DNA from: Candidatus Eiseniibacteriota bacterium
GTDB lineage: Bacteria; Eisenbacteria; RBG-16-71-46
NCBI GenBank assembly: GCA_963776245.1
Contig: CAVZLN010000009.1
Location: forward strand, 192,001-256,000
Direction: 5' to 3'
DNA: 64,000 bases
Shown: positions 30,711-43,600 of the stretch, one piece after another
Layout: the number at the start of each line of letters is the position of its first letter
Numbering within the stretch: position 1 is the first letter of the stretch
Notes under the pieces: model-generated
Told to the model about the DNA's origin: nothing
The model's database searches: none
Seen by the model: only the letters and a program-made list of their open reading frames with translations
Made by a program: the position numbers and the translations under genes

Positions 30711-32543
30711 TCAGTCCAGCACCACCACGCGCCGCGTGCGGACCCCGCCGGCCGATTCGAGACACACCAGGTACACCCCCGCTCCGAGCGGGCGGCCGTC
30801 GGCCGCGCGTCCGTCCCACGCCACCTCGTGCGGGCCGGCCGCGCGCGCGCTCGAGGAGCGTGGCCACGCTGCGCCCGCCGACGTCGAACACCCGCACCCG
30901 CGCCGGCCCCGTCGCCGGCAGGGTGAAGCGCACGCGCAGCGCGCCCCGCGCGGGCGTGAACGGGATCGGGGCGGGAGGCGCGAGCGCGAGCGCTCCGCGG
31001 CCTCGCCGCCCGGCTCCACCGCGAGCGGTCCCATCGCGCTCACCGCGACCGTCATCACGTTGACGGGCTCGCACACGAAGTCCACCTCGACGCGCGCGGT
31101 CCGTTCACCACCAACTGGCGCGGACGGTGCCCCCGGTGGCGGCGTACACGCTGTCGTGGTCGGGCATCACGAACACCAGCCGAGCGCTCTCGAACCGCTC
31201 GTAGTAGCGGTTGGTGACCACGGCGGTGAGTCCGGCGCGGGTGCCGTCGTTGGGGCCGCTCCACGCGATGGTGAGCGAGTCCACCGGGCGACTGGCGTGC
31301 CGCCGCGTGGTGCATCGGGCCGGGGACGATATCGCCGCCGGCGAAACGGAAGATGCGGAAGGTGCGATTGCCGTCCACCGTCGCCTGCAGCCCGAGGTCG
31401 AAGGGGCGCGCGGCGCGGTTGCCCTCGGCGACGCTGTGCACGTGCCCCCAGATGGCGCCGTAGAGGCCGGGCGGCAGCGGGTGGACCTGGGACATCGCGG
31501 CCCCCGGGGCAGCCGTTCGCCAGCGTGCCGCCGAAGTCGTAGTGGTAGAACAGCAGCGCGGTGTGGCCCTGCGGGAGCGCGGCGAGATCGTCCGCGAGCC
31601 AGGCTCATCTGGTCGGCGGTGAAGCTCTGCGCGCCGTAGAGGTCGGTCCGGTAGTGGTCGTACGAGCCGTTGTTGATGTAGCCCTCCATGCCGATGACGT
31701 GGAGCGGCCCGTAGTCGAAGGTGTAGTCCTGGGTGCGACGCGGGTCCCCCACCGGAGGATCGGCGAGGAACGGCCAGCCGAACTGAGCGCCACCACGCGC
31801 GACGCGAGGTGCCGTCGGGCGGTGGGGTGGTCTGCCAGCCGCCGAGGTCGTGGTTGCCCGACACCAGGAACACCGGCGCGTCGATGCGCCCGAGCAGCGC
31901 CTTGGCTGCGGGCCATCTCGTACACCCCCAGGTAGTCCTCGAGCTCGCCCTCGTTCACGAGGTCGCCGGTGTGGAGCACGAACTCGGGGTGGATGAGATT
32001 CAGGTCGTCCACCACCGCGTCGAAGTCCGCGACCGCCGAGGTGTCGTTCACGTTGAAACCGCCCGCGCTCGACAGGGCGTGCATCGGCAGATGGGTGTCG
32101 GTGATCTGGGCGAAGTAGAACCCGTCCCGGTATGCGTCGAGCACCTTGACGCAGTGGCGACTGGTGTCGGGCGCGGTGCCCGCCGAGGTCAGGACCAGGT
32201 CGTACACCTCTTCGGGCGTGCCCGGCGGGACCGTGAAGTCCAGTTCCCAGCGCGCGCGGCTGGTGACGTATCCGCCGCCGGCCGGGGTGAGCGGGACCGC
32301 CAGCGTGCCGAAGCGGAGCGTCGCGCTCCAGCCGGTGACCGAGGAGGGCGCGTTCGCCCACACCGGAAGCGCGTCGCCGGAGCGCGCGAACGCGGGCAGG
32401 CTGGGCAGCGGGCGCCAGATCACGGTGAGCGTGTCGCCCACCGTGTAGGCGTGAGAGACCGATGGGGCGAGCGCGGCGGTCCCTGCGATCAGGCCCGCGG
32501 CCAGGGCAGCGGCGGCGTATCGGGCACGGTGCTTCGGGGGCAT
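30711..32543 (-). pseudogene. Secreted calcineurin-like metallophosphoesterase with an FlgD-Ig-like C-terminal domain, frameshifted (probably sequence error)
   Basis: QITDTH, HTGDLVN, GNHD and WGHVH in different frames; C-terminal VRFTLP..VRVFDVGGR...WDGRAADGRPLGAGVYLV. Confidence 0.75.
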
Positions 32544-32685
32544 GCGATCTCCGTGGGGACCGCCGTGGGTGACACGAGCATCGCCCCCGAGCGACGCGAC
32601 TGTCAATGCCCGGGAAGCGAGCGCCGCACACCGGGGTCATACGGCCGCGGGCGCCACCGCGCGCACCGGGTACCGCCCTCCGACC

Positions 32686-33030
32686 TCACCCTGCGCGGAT
32701 GAAGTGCGGCACCTCGGCCGGGATCTCGAACGTGAGTTCGACGAAGCCCGCGTAGGCCCCGTCGCGGAACCACGGGGACTGGAAGATCATCTTCCTCACC
32801 CCCTGCTTCTCGATGGTGTAGACGTTGGTCCGCCCACTCGCGAGCATGCCCTCGAGCTGGGTGCGGGACGGTTCGGGGTGGCAGCCGAGCACGTTCGTGC
32901 CGATCAGCGCACGACCTCCGTCGGCGGCGAACACGGCCGCCGAGCGGTCGTTCATCTCCAGGATGGTCCCCGCGCGATCGCAGACCGTGATGGCGCCGGG
33001 GAACTCCCGTACCCACGCGTGTTCGGACAT
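32686..33030 (-). CDS. Small standalone PAS-domain protein
   Basis: MSEHAWVREFPGAITVCDRAGTILEMN..LIGTNVLGCHPE..NVYTIEKQG. Confidence 0.8.
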   Translation of the reverse strand: MSEHAWVREFPGAITVCDRAGTILEMNDRSAAVFAADGGRALIGTNVLGCHPEPSRTQLEGMLASGRTNVYTIEKQGVRKMIFQSPWFRDGAYAGFVELTFEIPAEVPHFIRAG

Positions 33031-33071
33031 CTCGCTCCCCTCTCGCCGCGATCGGATGCCTCGGGCGCGCA

Positions 33072-34766
33072 TCAGCGCATGATCAGGATCTTCCCGGAGT
33101 GCGCCTCGTCCCCCGCCCGCAGGCGCACGAAATAGATGCCGCTCGGGCACGCGCGGCCCGCGGAGTCCTGCCGGTCCCACGCCGCGCGGTATTCGCCGGC
33201 GCCCAGATGGCCCGACAGCAGCTCGCGCACCACTCGCCCATGGGCGTCGTACACGACCAGCGCGACGTCGGCGTCGCGGCTCAGCGAGAAGCGCACGGAC
33301 TGGACCGGCGAGGCGGCATCCGCCGCGAGCGGGCCGAGCCTCGCCAGCGCGGCCGGGCGCGCCTGCGCTCCGGGCATCCCGGTTCCGTCGTCCGCGGCGC
33401 GATCGCCCTCGGGGATGTGACGGGGACCACCGATCGGCCCCACCCCGGGCAGGCCCCCGCCGTGCGGCCCGACCGGCGTCCCCTCCGCGAGCACGAGGCT
33501 GTCCACGGTGGTCCACTGGTAACGCATGGACGCCGTCCGGTTCTCGGCGAGGATGGCCGCGAAGTCCTGCCCGCCGGCCGGGTCCGGTCCGCTCCACGTC
33601 GAGAGCTCGGCCATCAGCGTGCCGAGCGTCTTGCCAACCAGCGGACCGCGCGGCGGGATGTACCGCGCCACCCATCCCGCGTAGCGGGAATTGCAGATGC
33701 TCGCGAGCGACCAGAACACCACGCTCGCCCGGATCACCGAGGTGTCGGCGCTGGCCCACGGATAGATCGGGTCCTTGACCGGAGGCAGGTAGCCCCACTT
33801 GTCGGCCACCGTCCCGCCGACCTCGAGCGAATCGAGGAACCGCATCACGTCGTAGTACCGGGCATCATGGAAGTGATCGAAGACCATCGCGTTGTAACCC
33901 AGCTCGTTGATCCAGCCCCGGGTGTCGTAGTCCTGGGGGCATCCGGTGCGACGACTGTCGTAGTAGATCCAGCAACCGGGCACCCCCGGGCAGGGAGCCT
34001 CGTAGGCCGTCCTCCCGTCGGGACCCACCTGCTGCCTGAGGAACCCGTCGATCCGGCCCAGCACCTGCTCGATCGCCGGGTAGTCGACGTAGCGCTGGAC
34101 GTGGATGAGCTCCATCCCCATCCACGCCGTGTAGTGGAGGTCGGCGGACTGATTGCAGTAGTGGGCGAAGATGCCATTCGGGAACTGGTCGGCGACCACC
34201 GAGTCGAGGATCTCGCGCGTCTTCTTGAGGGCCGCGGGATCGCCCGTCAGGTTGTAGTACCTGGCCAGCGCCATCGCGGACATCAGGCCCCAATTGAGTC
34301 GGTTCTGACTCCCGCTGAGCCTCATGCACACGTCCACGATGGGAAGCGCCGCGCGCAGGTACAGCGTGTCGCCGGTGAGACCGTAGGCCCCCAGCAGCGC
34401 GTAGCCCAGCATGCCGTCGAACGCCGTCCCCGACGTGATCTCGCGGAAATGGCTCACCAGATAGGTGGCCCGATCGGACACGTCCTGGCGGTAGACATAG
34501 CCCTGGAGCGTCGCGCACAGGTCGTTGTAGGCGAGCAGCTGGGACACCACGGACAGGCGGATGACCTCGGACGGATTGATGGGATACCGCGAGTCGAGCG
34601 TCGCCCCGTAGGTCTCGTGGTGGGCGAGGTAGTTGCCGATGCGGAGCGTGACCGGGAGCAGGGGGTCGGGCGTGCTCGCCGCCGCGCGGCCGGCCAGGGC
34701 GAGGGCCGCGCAGCAGCCAAGGGCCAGCAGTCCACGGTGGAGACAGGATGCGCCTGACGACCTCAA
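33072..34766 (-). CDS. Secreted hypothetical protein (helical repeat core) with an FlgD-Ig-like C-terminal domain
   Basis: Signal-like GLLALGCCAALALAGRAAAS; repeated AYGLTGDTLYL / RYYNLTGDPAAL; C-terminal VYDAHGRVVREL...WDRQD..SGIYFVRL; TTG start is a guess. Confidence 0.65.
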   Translation of the reverse strand: MRSSGASCLHRGLLALGCCAALALAGRAAASTPDPLLPVTLRIGNYLAHHETYGATLDSRYPINPSEVIRLSVVSQLLAYNDLCATLQGYVYRQDVSDRATYLVSHFREITSGTAFDGMLGYALLGAYGLTGDTLYLRAALPIVDVCMRLSGSQNRLNWGLMSAMALARYYNLTGDPAALKKTREILDSVVADQFPNGIFAHYCNQSADLHYTAWMGMELIHVQRYVDYPAIEQVLGRIDGFLRQQVGPDGRTAYEAPCPGVPGCWIYYDSRRTGCPQDYDTRGWINELGYNAMVFDHFHDARYYDVMRFLDSLEVGGTVADKWGYLPPVKDPIYPWASADTSVIRASVVFWSLASICNSRYAGWVARYIPPRGPLVGKTLGTLMAELSTWSGPDPAGGQDFAAILAENRTASMRYQWTTVDSLVLAEGTPVGPHGGGLPGVGPIGGPRHIPEGDRAADDGTGMPGAQARPAALARLGPLAADAASPVQSVRFSLSRDADVALVVYDAHGRVVRELLSGHLGAGEYRAAWDRQDSAGRACPSGIYFVRLRAGDEAHSGKILIMR

Positions 34767-35107
34767 GAGGGGCCTCGCGACCGAGAGTGGGCGGATCCTG
34801 ACACCGGGGGCCCCTCTATCACACCGCGGGAGGGCGGCGTTGGCAAGGGGTTTCCGGTTCCCGGATCGAGGTCGGTCCGCGCGGTCGCGTGCCCGCCGGA
34901 TGCGGGGCGCGCGGCAGCGATCCATCGCGGAGCGCAGCGGACCGGGGTTCGTGCCCGTTCGATCGAGGCTGGTCGCGGCATAATCGCGAGACCGCGGCCG
35001 GCGCTGGAGCATCCCAACCCGGGTGACTCCGGCCCTTGCCGGCCGGGGCGACGCAGCGCCCACTCGGTTCGCCCACTCGCTCGCCCCCACCGGGACAGGA
35101 ACCTGTC

Positions 35108-35638
35108 ATGAACCCTCGGCTACTGCTGGGAACGCTTTCGCTGTCCATCGTCGTCGCCGGGCTCGCCGGCGGCCCCGCGGCCGTCCGCGCCACCGAGATC
35201 TGGTCGGGGCGCACGTTCGCCTTCTCCAAGGCCGCTCGCGCCAACCCCACCCTCGCCGCCAACCAGGACCGCATCACGCCCTACGTCTGGATCACGCGCG
35301 GCAGCACCATGGGGCTCTACAACGCCTACACCGAGGGGTTCTACACCGGGTTCGTGAGCCCGGACGGCACGGAGTGGGCGACCGGCGACGCGGTGAACTA
35401 TGGCAGCCTGTTGTTCCAGCCCTGGGAGAACTGGGTGGCCAGCGACCCCCCCGCAAGCGTGGGCGTGAATGCCGTCGTCCATCTGATCGTGGAAGACATC
35501 TACGTCGACATCGTCTTCGACAGCTGGGCCAGCGGTATCACCGGAGGGGGCGCGTTCTCCTACCACCGCGCGGTGAAGTCGATCACGACCCCGGCAGCGA
35601 GCTCCACCTGGGGCAGGATCAAGACGCTGTATCGATGA
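35108..35638 (+). CDS. Secreted hypothetical protein with a C-terminal TWGRIKTLYR motif
   Basis: Signal peptide MNPRLLLGTLSLSIVVAGL; NQDRITPYVWITRG; AGGA upstream. Confidence 0.78.
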   Translation: MNPRLLLGTLSLSIVVAGLAGGPAAVRATEIWSGRTFAFSKAARANPTLAANQDRITPYVWITRGSTMGLYNAYTEGFYTGFVSPDGTEWATGDAVNYGSLLFQPWENWVASDPPASVGVNAVVHLIVEDIYVDIVFDSWASGITGGGAFSYHRAVKSITTPAASSTWGRIKTLYR

Positions 35639-35781
35639 TCGGAAGTGCTGGCTGACGCCGCGGGGGCGACCGCCGCGGCGTCCATGGCTCGCCGCGAGCC
35701 TGGATGCCCCCGGCAGTCGGTGGCCCCGTCCGTACAACCACCGATTGCAGCCTCCACGCCGAGCCGGTTAGGTTGCGGATC

Positions 35782-36207
35782 ATGCATATCCCACCGTTCT
35801 CCATCTTCAGCGCGGTGAGCGAACTGTTCGTGACGGCAGGCGTGGTGTTCGTGGTGCGGCGCAACTGGACCCGGCGGCCGTTCCCGTTCGCGTTGTTCCT
35901 CGCGGTGTCGCTGTTCGAGGCGCTGGTCAACGTGATGTACATGGCCAATCGCAGCGCGGCCGCGTCGGCCCCCCATGCCGCCGAGGTCCTCTCGACCGGG
36001 ATGAAGATCGCCTATGCCGCGCACGGGCTCCTGTCGCTGGGCGCCTACCTCGTATTCGTCGTGCTCGGCACACTCGCCTACCAGGAGCAGCGGGCCGGCC
36101 AGTGGTACCTCCGCGACCGCCCCGCGATCACCTGGGCCTTCCTCGCGCTGTGGACCATCAGCATCGGCTCCGGAGAGATCATCTTCGTGGTGCGCTACCT
36201 GGCGTGA
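35782..36207 (+). CDS. Small four-TM membrane protein
   Basis: MHIPPFSIFSAVSELFVTAG; four hydrophobic segments. Confidence 0.7.
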   Translation: MHIPPFSIFSAVSELFVTAGVVFVVRRNWTRRPFPFALFLAVSLFEALVNVMYMANRSAAASAPHAAEVLSTGMKIAYAAHGLLSLGAYLVFVVLGTLAYQEQRAGQWYLRDRPAITWAFLALWTISIGSGEIIFVVRYLA

Positions 36208-36749
36208 GTGACGGGAGCTTCCGCCACCGCTCCCCGGAGCGACCCCTGCCGGCACTCCCGACCCCTCCTCGCGGAAGCGCGCCGCCCACGCTCTCGCCCC
36301 GCCAGCGGCGCCTGCGCGCGCCGCTGCTCGTGCTGTTGTGGGGGCTACTGGGGCTCGAGGCGGTGGGAGGCCTGTGGATCTTCTTCATGCGACTGGCCTC
36401 CGGTCAGGCCCCGGGTGAGGCCCTGCATGTCGGCGCGGGCGCCGCTCTCACGCTGGTGTACGTCGCCTACCAGTGGCCTCACTGGACGCGCGTGGCCCCC
36501 TGGCGCAACCGACTCCACTACGCGCTGGGACTCATCGCCGCGCTCAGCATGCTGGCGGCGCTGGCGACCGGCTACGCGCTCGCGTGGCCCTGGTGGCAGG
36601 TGCGCATGACCGCGCACGACGCGGGGGCCGTGCCCTACCCCACCGCGATGCGCGCGGCCCACAACATCATGAGCATGCTGGTGCTCACGTTCGCGGGCGC
36701 GCACTTCGCGGCGGTGCGGCCGCGCGACCCGGCGGCGTCGCGGAGGTAG
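36204..36749 (+). CDS. Membrane protein with His residues in TM helices (possible cytochrome-b-like)
   Basis: GTGA overlap with the upstream gene; ALHVGAG, PHW, AAHNIM, AHF. Confidence 0.55.
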   Translation: MSDGSFRHRSPERPLPALPTPPRGSAPPTLSPRQRRLRAPLLVLLWGLLGLEAVGGLWIFFMRLASGQAPGEALHVGAGAALTLVYVAYQWPHWTRVAPWRNRLHYALGLIAALSMLAALATGYALAWPWWQVRMTAHDAGAVPYPTAMRAAHNIMSMLVLTFAGAHFAAVRPRDPAASRR

Positions 36750-36797
36750 CCCGGACGGCCGAGCCGACGCGGGTGTGCCCGACCCCGTCGAGCGGTG

Positions 36798-36885
36798 TGG
36801 TGCCGGGAGCAGGGCTCGAACCTGCACGGGCTTGCGCCCAGGGGATTTTAAGTCCCCCGTGTCTGGCCAGTTCCACCACCCCGGC
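36798..36885 (-). tRNA. tRNA-Leu (anticodon TAA)
   Basis: Reverse complement GCCGGGGTGGTGGAACTGGCCAGACACGGGGGACTTAAAATCCCCTGGGCGCAAGCCCGTGCAGGTTCGAGCCCTGCTCCCGGCACCA; long variable arm; encoded CCA. Confidence 0.96.
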
Positions 36886-36915
36886 ACCTTGTGGACCGAG
36901 GCCGCCTCGTCGCGG

Positions 36916-38183
36916 CTAGTGCCCCGCTCCCGCGGCGGCGGCTAACGCGTCGGTCACCTTCACCGTCGGGTAGCGGGTGAGGAACGACTGCACGGTCCAG
37001 CCGAACAGACCGAGGAAGCCCAGCGTCACGCCGACCTCGGGCAGACCGATCCACACGCTGTCGGGGTTCAGCGACGGCATCACCAGCACGTGGCGCTCGA
37101 GCCACATGCCGGCGAGCACGCACAGGCTGAACGCCGCGAGCAGCAGCGGGCTCTTCTTGGTGTGCTTGTTCAGCAGCCCGAGGAACGGGATCACGAACAC
37201 CATCGTGAACACGGCGAACGACGATCGCCCGCCACGGCTCCTCGAAGCGCACGAACACCCACCACGTCTCCTCGGGCATGTTCGCGTACCAGATCGGCAG
37301 GTACTGCGACCAGAACAGGTAGCCCCAGAAGATGCAGATCGCGAACAGGATCTTGCCGATGTCCCAGAAGTGCTTCGTCGGTGATGTAGGCCTCGAGGCG
37401 GTACTTGGCGCGCAACTGCGTGGCGAGGAACGCCGTCATCGCGATGCCGGTGATGAACGCGCCCACGAACACCCACCAGCCGAACAGGCCGCTCACCCAG
37501 TTCGGGCGTGAGCGCCATGATGAAGTCCCACGCCATCAGCGTGACCGAGACCGCGAACAGGACGGCGATCTGCGGCGCGCGCTTCGACAGCCGGTCGCGC
37601 TACCACGCCTTCTCGGCCTCGTCGCCGTGCCAGCTCGCGGTGAGCTTCTCGTACTCGGGCTTGAGCTCGGGCGCGACGTGGTGCTTGAGCAGGTGCGGGT
37701 CGGTGCGCAGCGAGGTGCGCACCAGGTCGCGCGCCAGCCACGTGAACAGGCCGAGCCCGATGAGCGTGCGGACGTAGAGGAACGGCACGTTGAGGAACGG
37801 CGCCATGCGCGGCTCGACGTGGCGGGTCCACGGCAGGTAGGTCCAGATGCCCGCGCCCAGCAGCACCACCATGGCGGCGAGGCCGAACGGCAGGTAGGCC
37901 GACAGCGACTCGGCGATGCGCATGACCGGCCCGCGCCCAGCGGCCGTTGGCGAGCCGGATGGAGGCGGCGAGCACCGCTCCCCCCATCGCGATGCCGAGC
38001 CAGTAGAGCGTGTTGATGGCGAACGCGCCCCACGCCCGCTGCGGCTCGGTGAAGTAGAGGAACGCGAACGTCGCGACACCGATGACCATGCACGCCGATC
38101 CAGATCAGGCGCTTGCGCGCGTTGGGACGCACCGGCAGCTTGCCGGCGATGTCGCGCAGCACGGCGTCGGCCGACGCGATCAT
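36916..38183 (-). pseudogene. actF: Alternative complex III subunit F (NrfD-like), several frameshifts (probably sequence error)
   Basis: Fragments RAWGAFAINTLYW, MRIAESLSAYLP, FLNVPFLYVR, MAWDFIMALTP, SGLFGWWVF and WLERHVLVMP in different frames. Confidence 0.8.
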
Positions 38184-38732
38184 CGCGGGCTCACCTGTCT
38201 GCATGTGGCGGATGTAGTTGATGACGTCCCACGCCTCCGCGGAGCTGACGATCGCGCCGTGACTCGGCATGACCACGCCGCCGTGGCGGATGTACGAGTA
38301 GATGTAGCCGTCCTTGCGCGCCCGCGTGGGCGCCGCGAGCAGGTCGGGCGGCGGCATGAACTGCTGCGCCACGGTGCCGTTGCCGGCCATCTGAAGCCCG
38401 TGGCAGGGCGTGCAGATGCGCATGAACTTGCGCTCGCCGCGCGCCACCGAGGAGTCGCGATCCGCCGGGGCGGTGGGGTTCACGAGCGTCGCCGCCAGCA
38501 CCTCGCGGTCGGTGACCCACTCGCGGCCGGTCATCGGCACGCTGCGTTCGTCCGGCCCACGGTTGATGGTCTTCTGCGGCTTGATCGCGACCGTCCGCCG
38601 CATGTCACGGATCGGGTAGTAGCCCAGGTGGGTGACGGAGTTCCACGCGTCGAGCGCGCCCTGGCGCACCGTGCCCACCGACATCAGCGTGAGCAGCCCG
38701 ACGGCGATCACGGCGATCGTGCCCCTAAGCAT
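38180..38732 (-). CDS. actE: Alternative complex III subunit E (monoheme cytochrome c)
   Basis: CTPCH, DGYIYSYIRHGGVVMP, WDVINYIR; as given it reads through into actF, so the stop is probably lost to an indel. Confidence 0.78.
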
Positions 38733-39271
38733 GGAGCACCACCTCTTCGGCCCCGAGGCCCTTCAGGGTCGCGCTCACGCGCCCCGCCGCGTCGCCGGCG
38801 CACGGCACCCAGATGCCGATGCGGTCCTCGGGGAAGCGCGGATCGTACGGCGCCCGCGCCCGGGTCTGCGGCAGCCGGCCGAGCGCCAGCATGCCGAACA
38901 GGTTCGACAGCCCGCCCAGCAGGATCATGGACTCGTAGGCGATCACCACGAAGGGCGGGATCGAGAACAGCTCCTTGCCGCCCATCACCAGCGGGTACGC
39001 CATCACCGAGTAGAAGCACAGCGCGAACCCGCCGGTGAGGCCCAGGATCCCGCCGCACAGCGTGATCCAGCGCACCATCGATGGCCCCTGCTCCAGGGCG
39101 CTGCTCGATCTCGTGGTGCGGCACCGGCGAGTACACGCTCAGGTCCCGGTGCCCGTCCTGGCGCAGCGTGCGCACCGCCTCGGCGGCGTCGTCGACGTAG
39201 TAGTACACCCCCATCACGCCCTGGTGGCGCAGGGCCGGGCCCTGCAGCAGCTTCTCGATGAACCCGGGCAT
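38725..39271 (-). CDS. actD: Alternative complex III subunit D (DUF3341), one frameshift near 39100
   Basis: VYSPVPHHEIE, then in another frame YPLVMGGKELFSIPPFVVIAYE and YDPRF. Confidence 0.8.
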
Positions 39272-39272
39272 C

Positions 39273-40658
<1,386 letters not shown>

Positions 40659-40671
40659 GCGGTCGGCCTCA

Positions 40672-43600
40672 TCACACGTGCTCGCGGTGGATCTTCTTCA
40701 GGTACGTGACGCCCGGCTTGGTGTTCAGCTCCTCGAGCGGCCAGTAGCGCCGCTGCGGATCGTACGAGAGCCGGTGGACCTCGCTCGCCGGGTCGAGCAG
40801 GTCGCCGAACACGATGGCCTGGCTCGGGCACGACTGGGCGCAGGCGGTCTGGATGTCGCCGTCGCGCACCTTGCGCTTCTCGTCGCGGGCCAGGCCCTTG
40901 CCCTCGAGGATGCGCTGGACGCACATGCTGCACTTCTCCATCACGCCCTTCGAGCGCACCGTCACGTCGGGATTGAGCTGCCAGTTGAGCGGCTCGGGGA
41001 ACGCGAAGGTGGGCTTCTCGGGCGCGCCGTAGTCGAAGAAGTTGAAGGCGCGCACCTTGTACGGGCAGTTGTTGGAGCAGTACCGGGTGCCGACGCAGCG
41101 GTTGTACACCTGCGCGTTGAGGCCCTCGGGATTGTGGTAGGTCGCGTACACCGGGCACACGATCTCGCACGGCGCGTCGCTGCAGTGCTGGCACATCATG
41201 GGCACGAACCGGACGTCGTTGTGCTTGTCCATCGTGCCGATCTGCTGCTCGAAGCGGTCGATGCGGATCCACGACATCTCGCGGCCGCGCTCGACCATGG
41301 CGGGACCCACGGTCGGGATGTTGTTCTCGGCGTAGCACGCCACCACGCACGCGGCGCAGCCGTTGCACGCGTTGATGTCGATCGCCATCGCCCAGCGGTG
41401 CTCGGCGGTCTTGTAGGGCCCGACGTCCACCGGGTTCCGGCGCGGACCGCGCGCCAGGTTCTCGGACTCGAACGCGCTCACCGAGTGGGCCGGGGGCCGG
41501 TAGCCCTCGGGGTGCTCCATCGGCTCGGTGTGCTGGCCGGGCTTGCGCTGCGAGGGGTCGAAGGTGTGGCGCTCGCCCTTGCCATGCCCGCCGAGGTGGG
41601 CTTTGCTGGTCGCGGCGCCGTGCGAGGGCTCGGCGCTCTCCGCGCCGCTCACGTCCACCGCGCCCGCGGCCTGCCCGGTCAGCGCCGCGACCGGGATGAC
41701 CTGCGCGAAGCCGCGGTCCCACTGGTCCATCGAGCGCTGGGTATAGACCAGCCTCGCGGCGGTGCTGCCCTTCGACACCCGGGCACGGGTGGACAGGTAG
41801 GCGACCGCGCCCGAGGCCGCGTCCTGCGCGGCCACCAGCAGACCCAGCGGGTTCACGCCGACGCCGGTGGCGTAGCGGGTGAACGCGGTGTGTCCCTGTC
41901 CGAGCGGGATGGCGACGACGTCCTTGCGCACGCCGCCGTAGGGGTACACCGGCAGCTCGACCGCCCCCGCCTCGGTCTCGACCTTGAGCGCGTCGCCCTT
42001 CTCGAGCCCGAGCGCCTTCGCGGTGTCGGGATGGATCTCGGCCCAGCTGCCCCACACCACCTTGGTGGTCGGATCGGGCAGCTCCTGGAGCCACGGCTTG
42101 CTCGCGCCCCGGCCGTCGTAGTGATTGGGCGAGGCGTACAGCACCAGCGTGAGGTCGCCCGCGCCCTTGAAGGCCGGCGGCGCGAACGCCGGCACGCCCC
42201 CGGTCCACGACACCGTGACGGGTGCTGCCTCCTCCCACACGCCGCCCCGCTGGAGCGCGCCGTTCCAGAACGCGTCGAAGTCCTGGCCGGCGCCGAAGCG
42301 CGGCTGGAGCGCCTTCCAGCGCGCCTTGAGGTATTCGTCCCAGGTGCCGGGGAAGGCGCCGAAGCTCGCCGCGGCGGCCAGCGCGAGGAGCGCGTCGCCG
42401 ACCGGCCGGGCGCGGAACTGCGGCAGCGGCTGCATCGCCGGCTGGGTCAGCGAGTGCACGCCCCGCGCGGTCTCGGCATCGCCGAGGGTCTCGAGGGCGT
42501 GGCACGCCGGCAGCACCAGGTCGCAGCGCTCGGCGGTCTCGTCGAGCACCTCGACGATGCCGATGCGGAAGGGCACCTTGTCGAGGGCATCGCTGAAGCC
42601 CGCCCACCCTGGCGCGCTGTAGACCGGATTGGTGCCCGCGACCACCAGCACGTCCACCTGGCCCTCGCTCATGCGCTTCACCAGGCCCTGGAAGTCGGCG
42701 AAGGTGCCGACCTCGTCGTAGTTCACGGTGCGGTCGAAGCGCACCGTCTGGTTGACGTTCCCGGCGACCCAGTTGAGCAGGTTCACGGCCGCGATCAGCG
42801 CCACTGATTGCTCGCTCTGGGTGGCGATGCCGCCCGCCACGGCGAGCCCGGGCCTGGCCGCCGCGAACTGCACCGCCATCTCGGCGAGCTCGCCCGCCGG
42901 GATGTCGGAGGCCTGCTCGACCGCCTCCGGCGTCCACGGCGCGAGCGCCTCGCGCAGCCCGGGGACGCTGGCGCTCGCGAGCCCCTGCGTCACGATGAGG
43001 TTCGCCAGCCCGAGCGCCACCGCCATCTCGGAGCCCGGGCGCGCCGGGAACCACTCGTCGGCGTTGGCGCCGGTGAGCGAGAGGCGCGGCTCGATGGCGA
43101 TGAACCGGCCGTCGGGGCGCGCGCGCAGAGCGGCGAAATCGCGCGCGTGCGAGACCGGCGACACCCAGGTCTCGAGGAAGTCGGCCCCGAAGGAGATCAC
43201 CAGGTTCGCCTTCGCGAAGTCGAGATGGGGCACCGCCGCGGTGCCGAAGGTGCGGCGGTTGGCCTCGCGCAGGCTCTCGTGCGCGAACGCCTCGTGGACC
43301 AGGTGGGTGCCGTTCGCGCCGGCGGCCCATTCGCCCGCCAGTCGGTGGAGCGAACCGCTGTGGTGTCCGGTCAGGAGCGCCACCGCGTCCTTGCGGCTCC
43401 TGGCCGCGCCCAGCCGGGCCCCCGCCAGCGCCAGCGCCTCGTCCCAGGCGATCGCCTTCCAGACGCCGTCCTTCTTGACCATCGGCGAGACCAGCCGGTC
43501 GGGATGGTAGAGCGCCTGCAGCCCGGCGTGGCCGCGCGCGCACACCCCGCCCCGCCCGACCGGGTGCGCCGGATGGCCCTCGATCTTGATGGCGCGCCCG

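Noticed and set aside
32600..36800. Genomic island integrated at tRNA-Leu
   Set aside because: Hypothetical genes lie downstream of the tRNA, but I found no integrase and no duplicated tRNA 3' end in the window.
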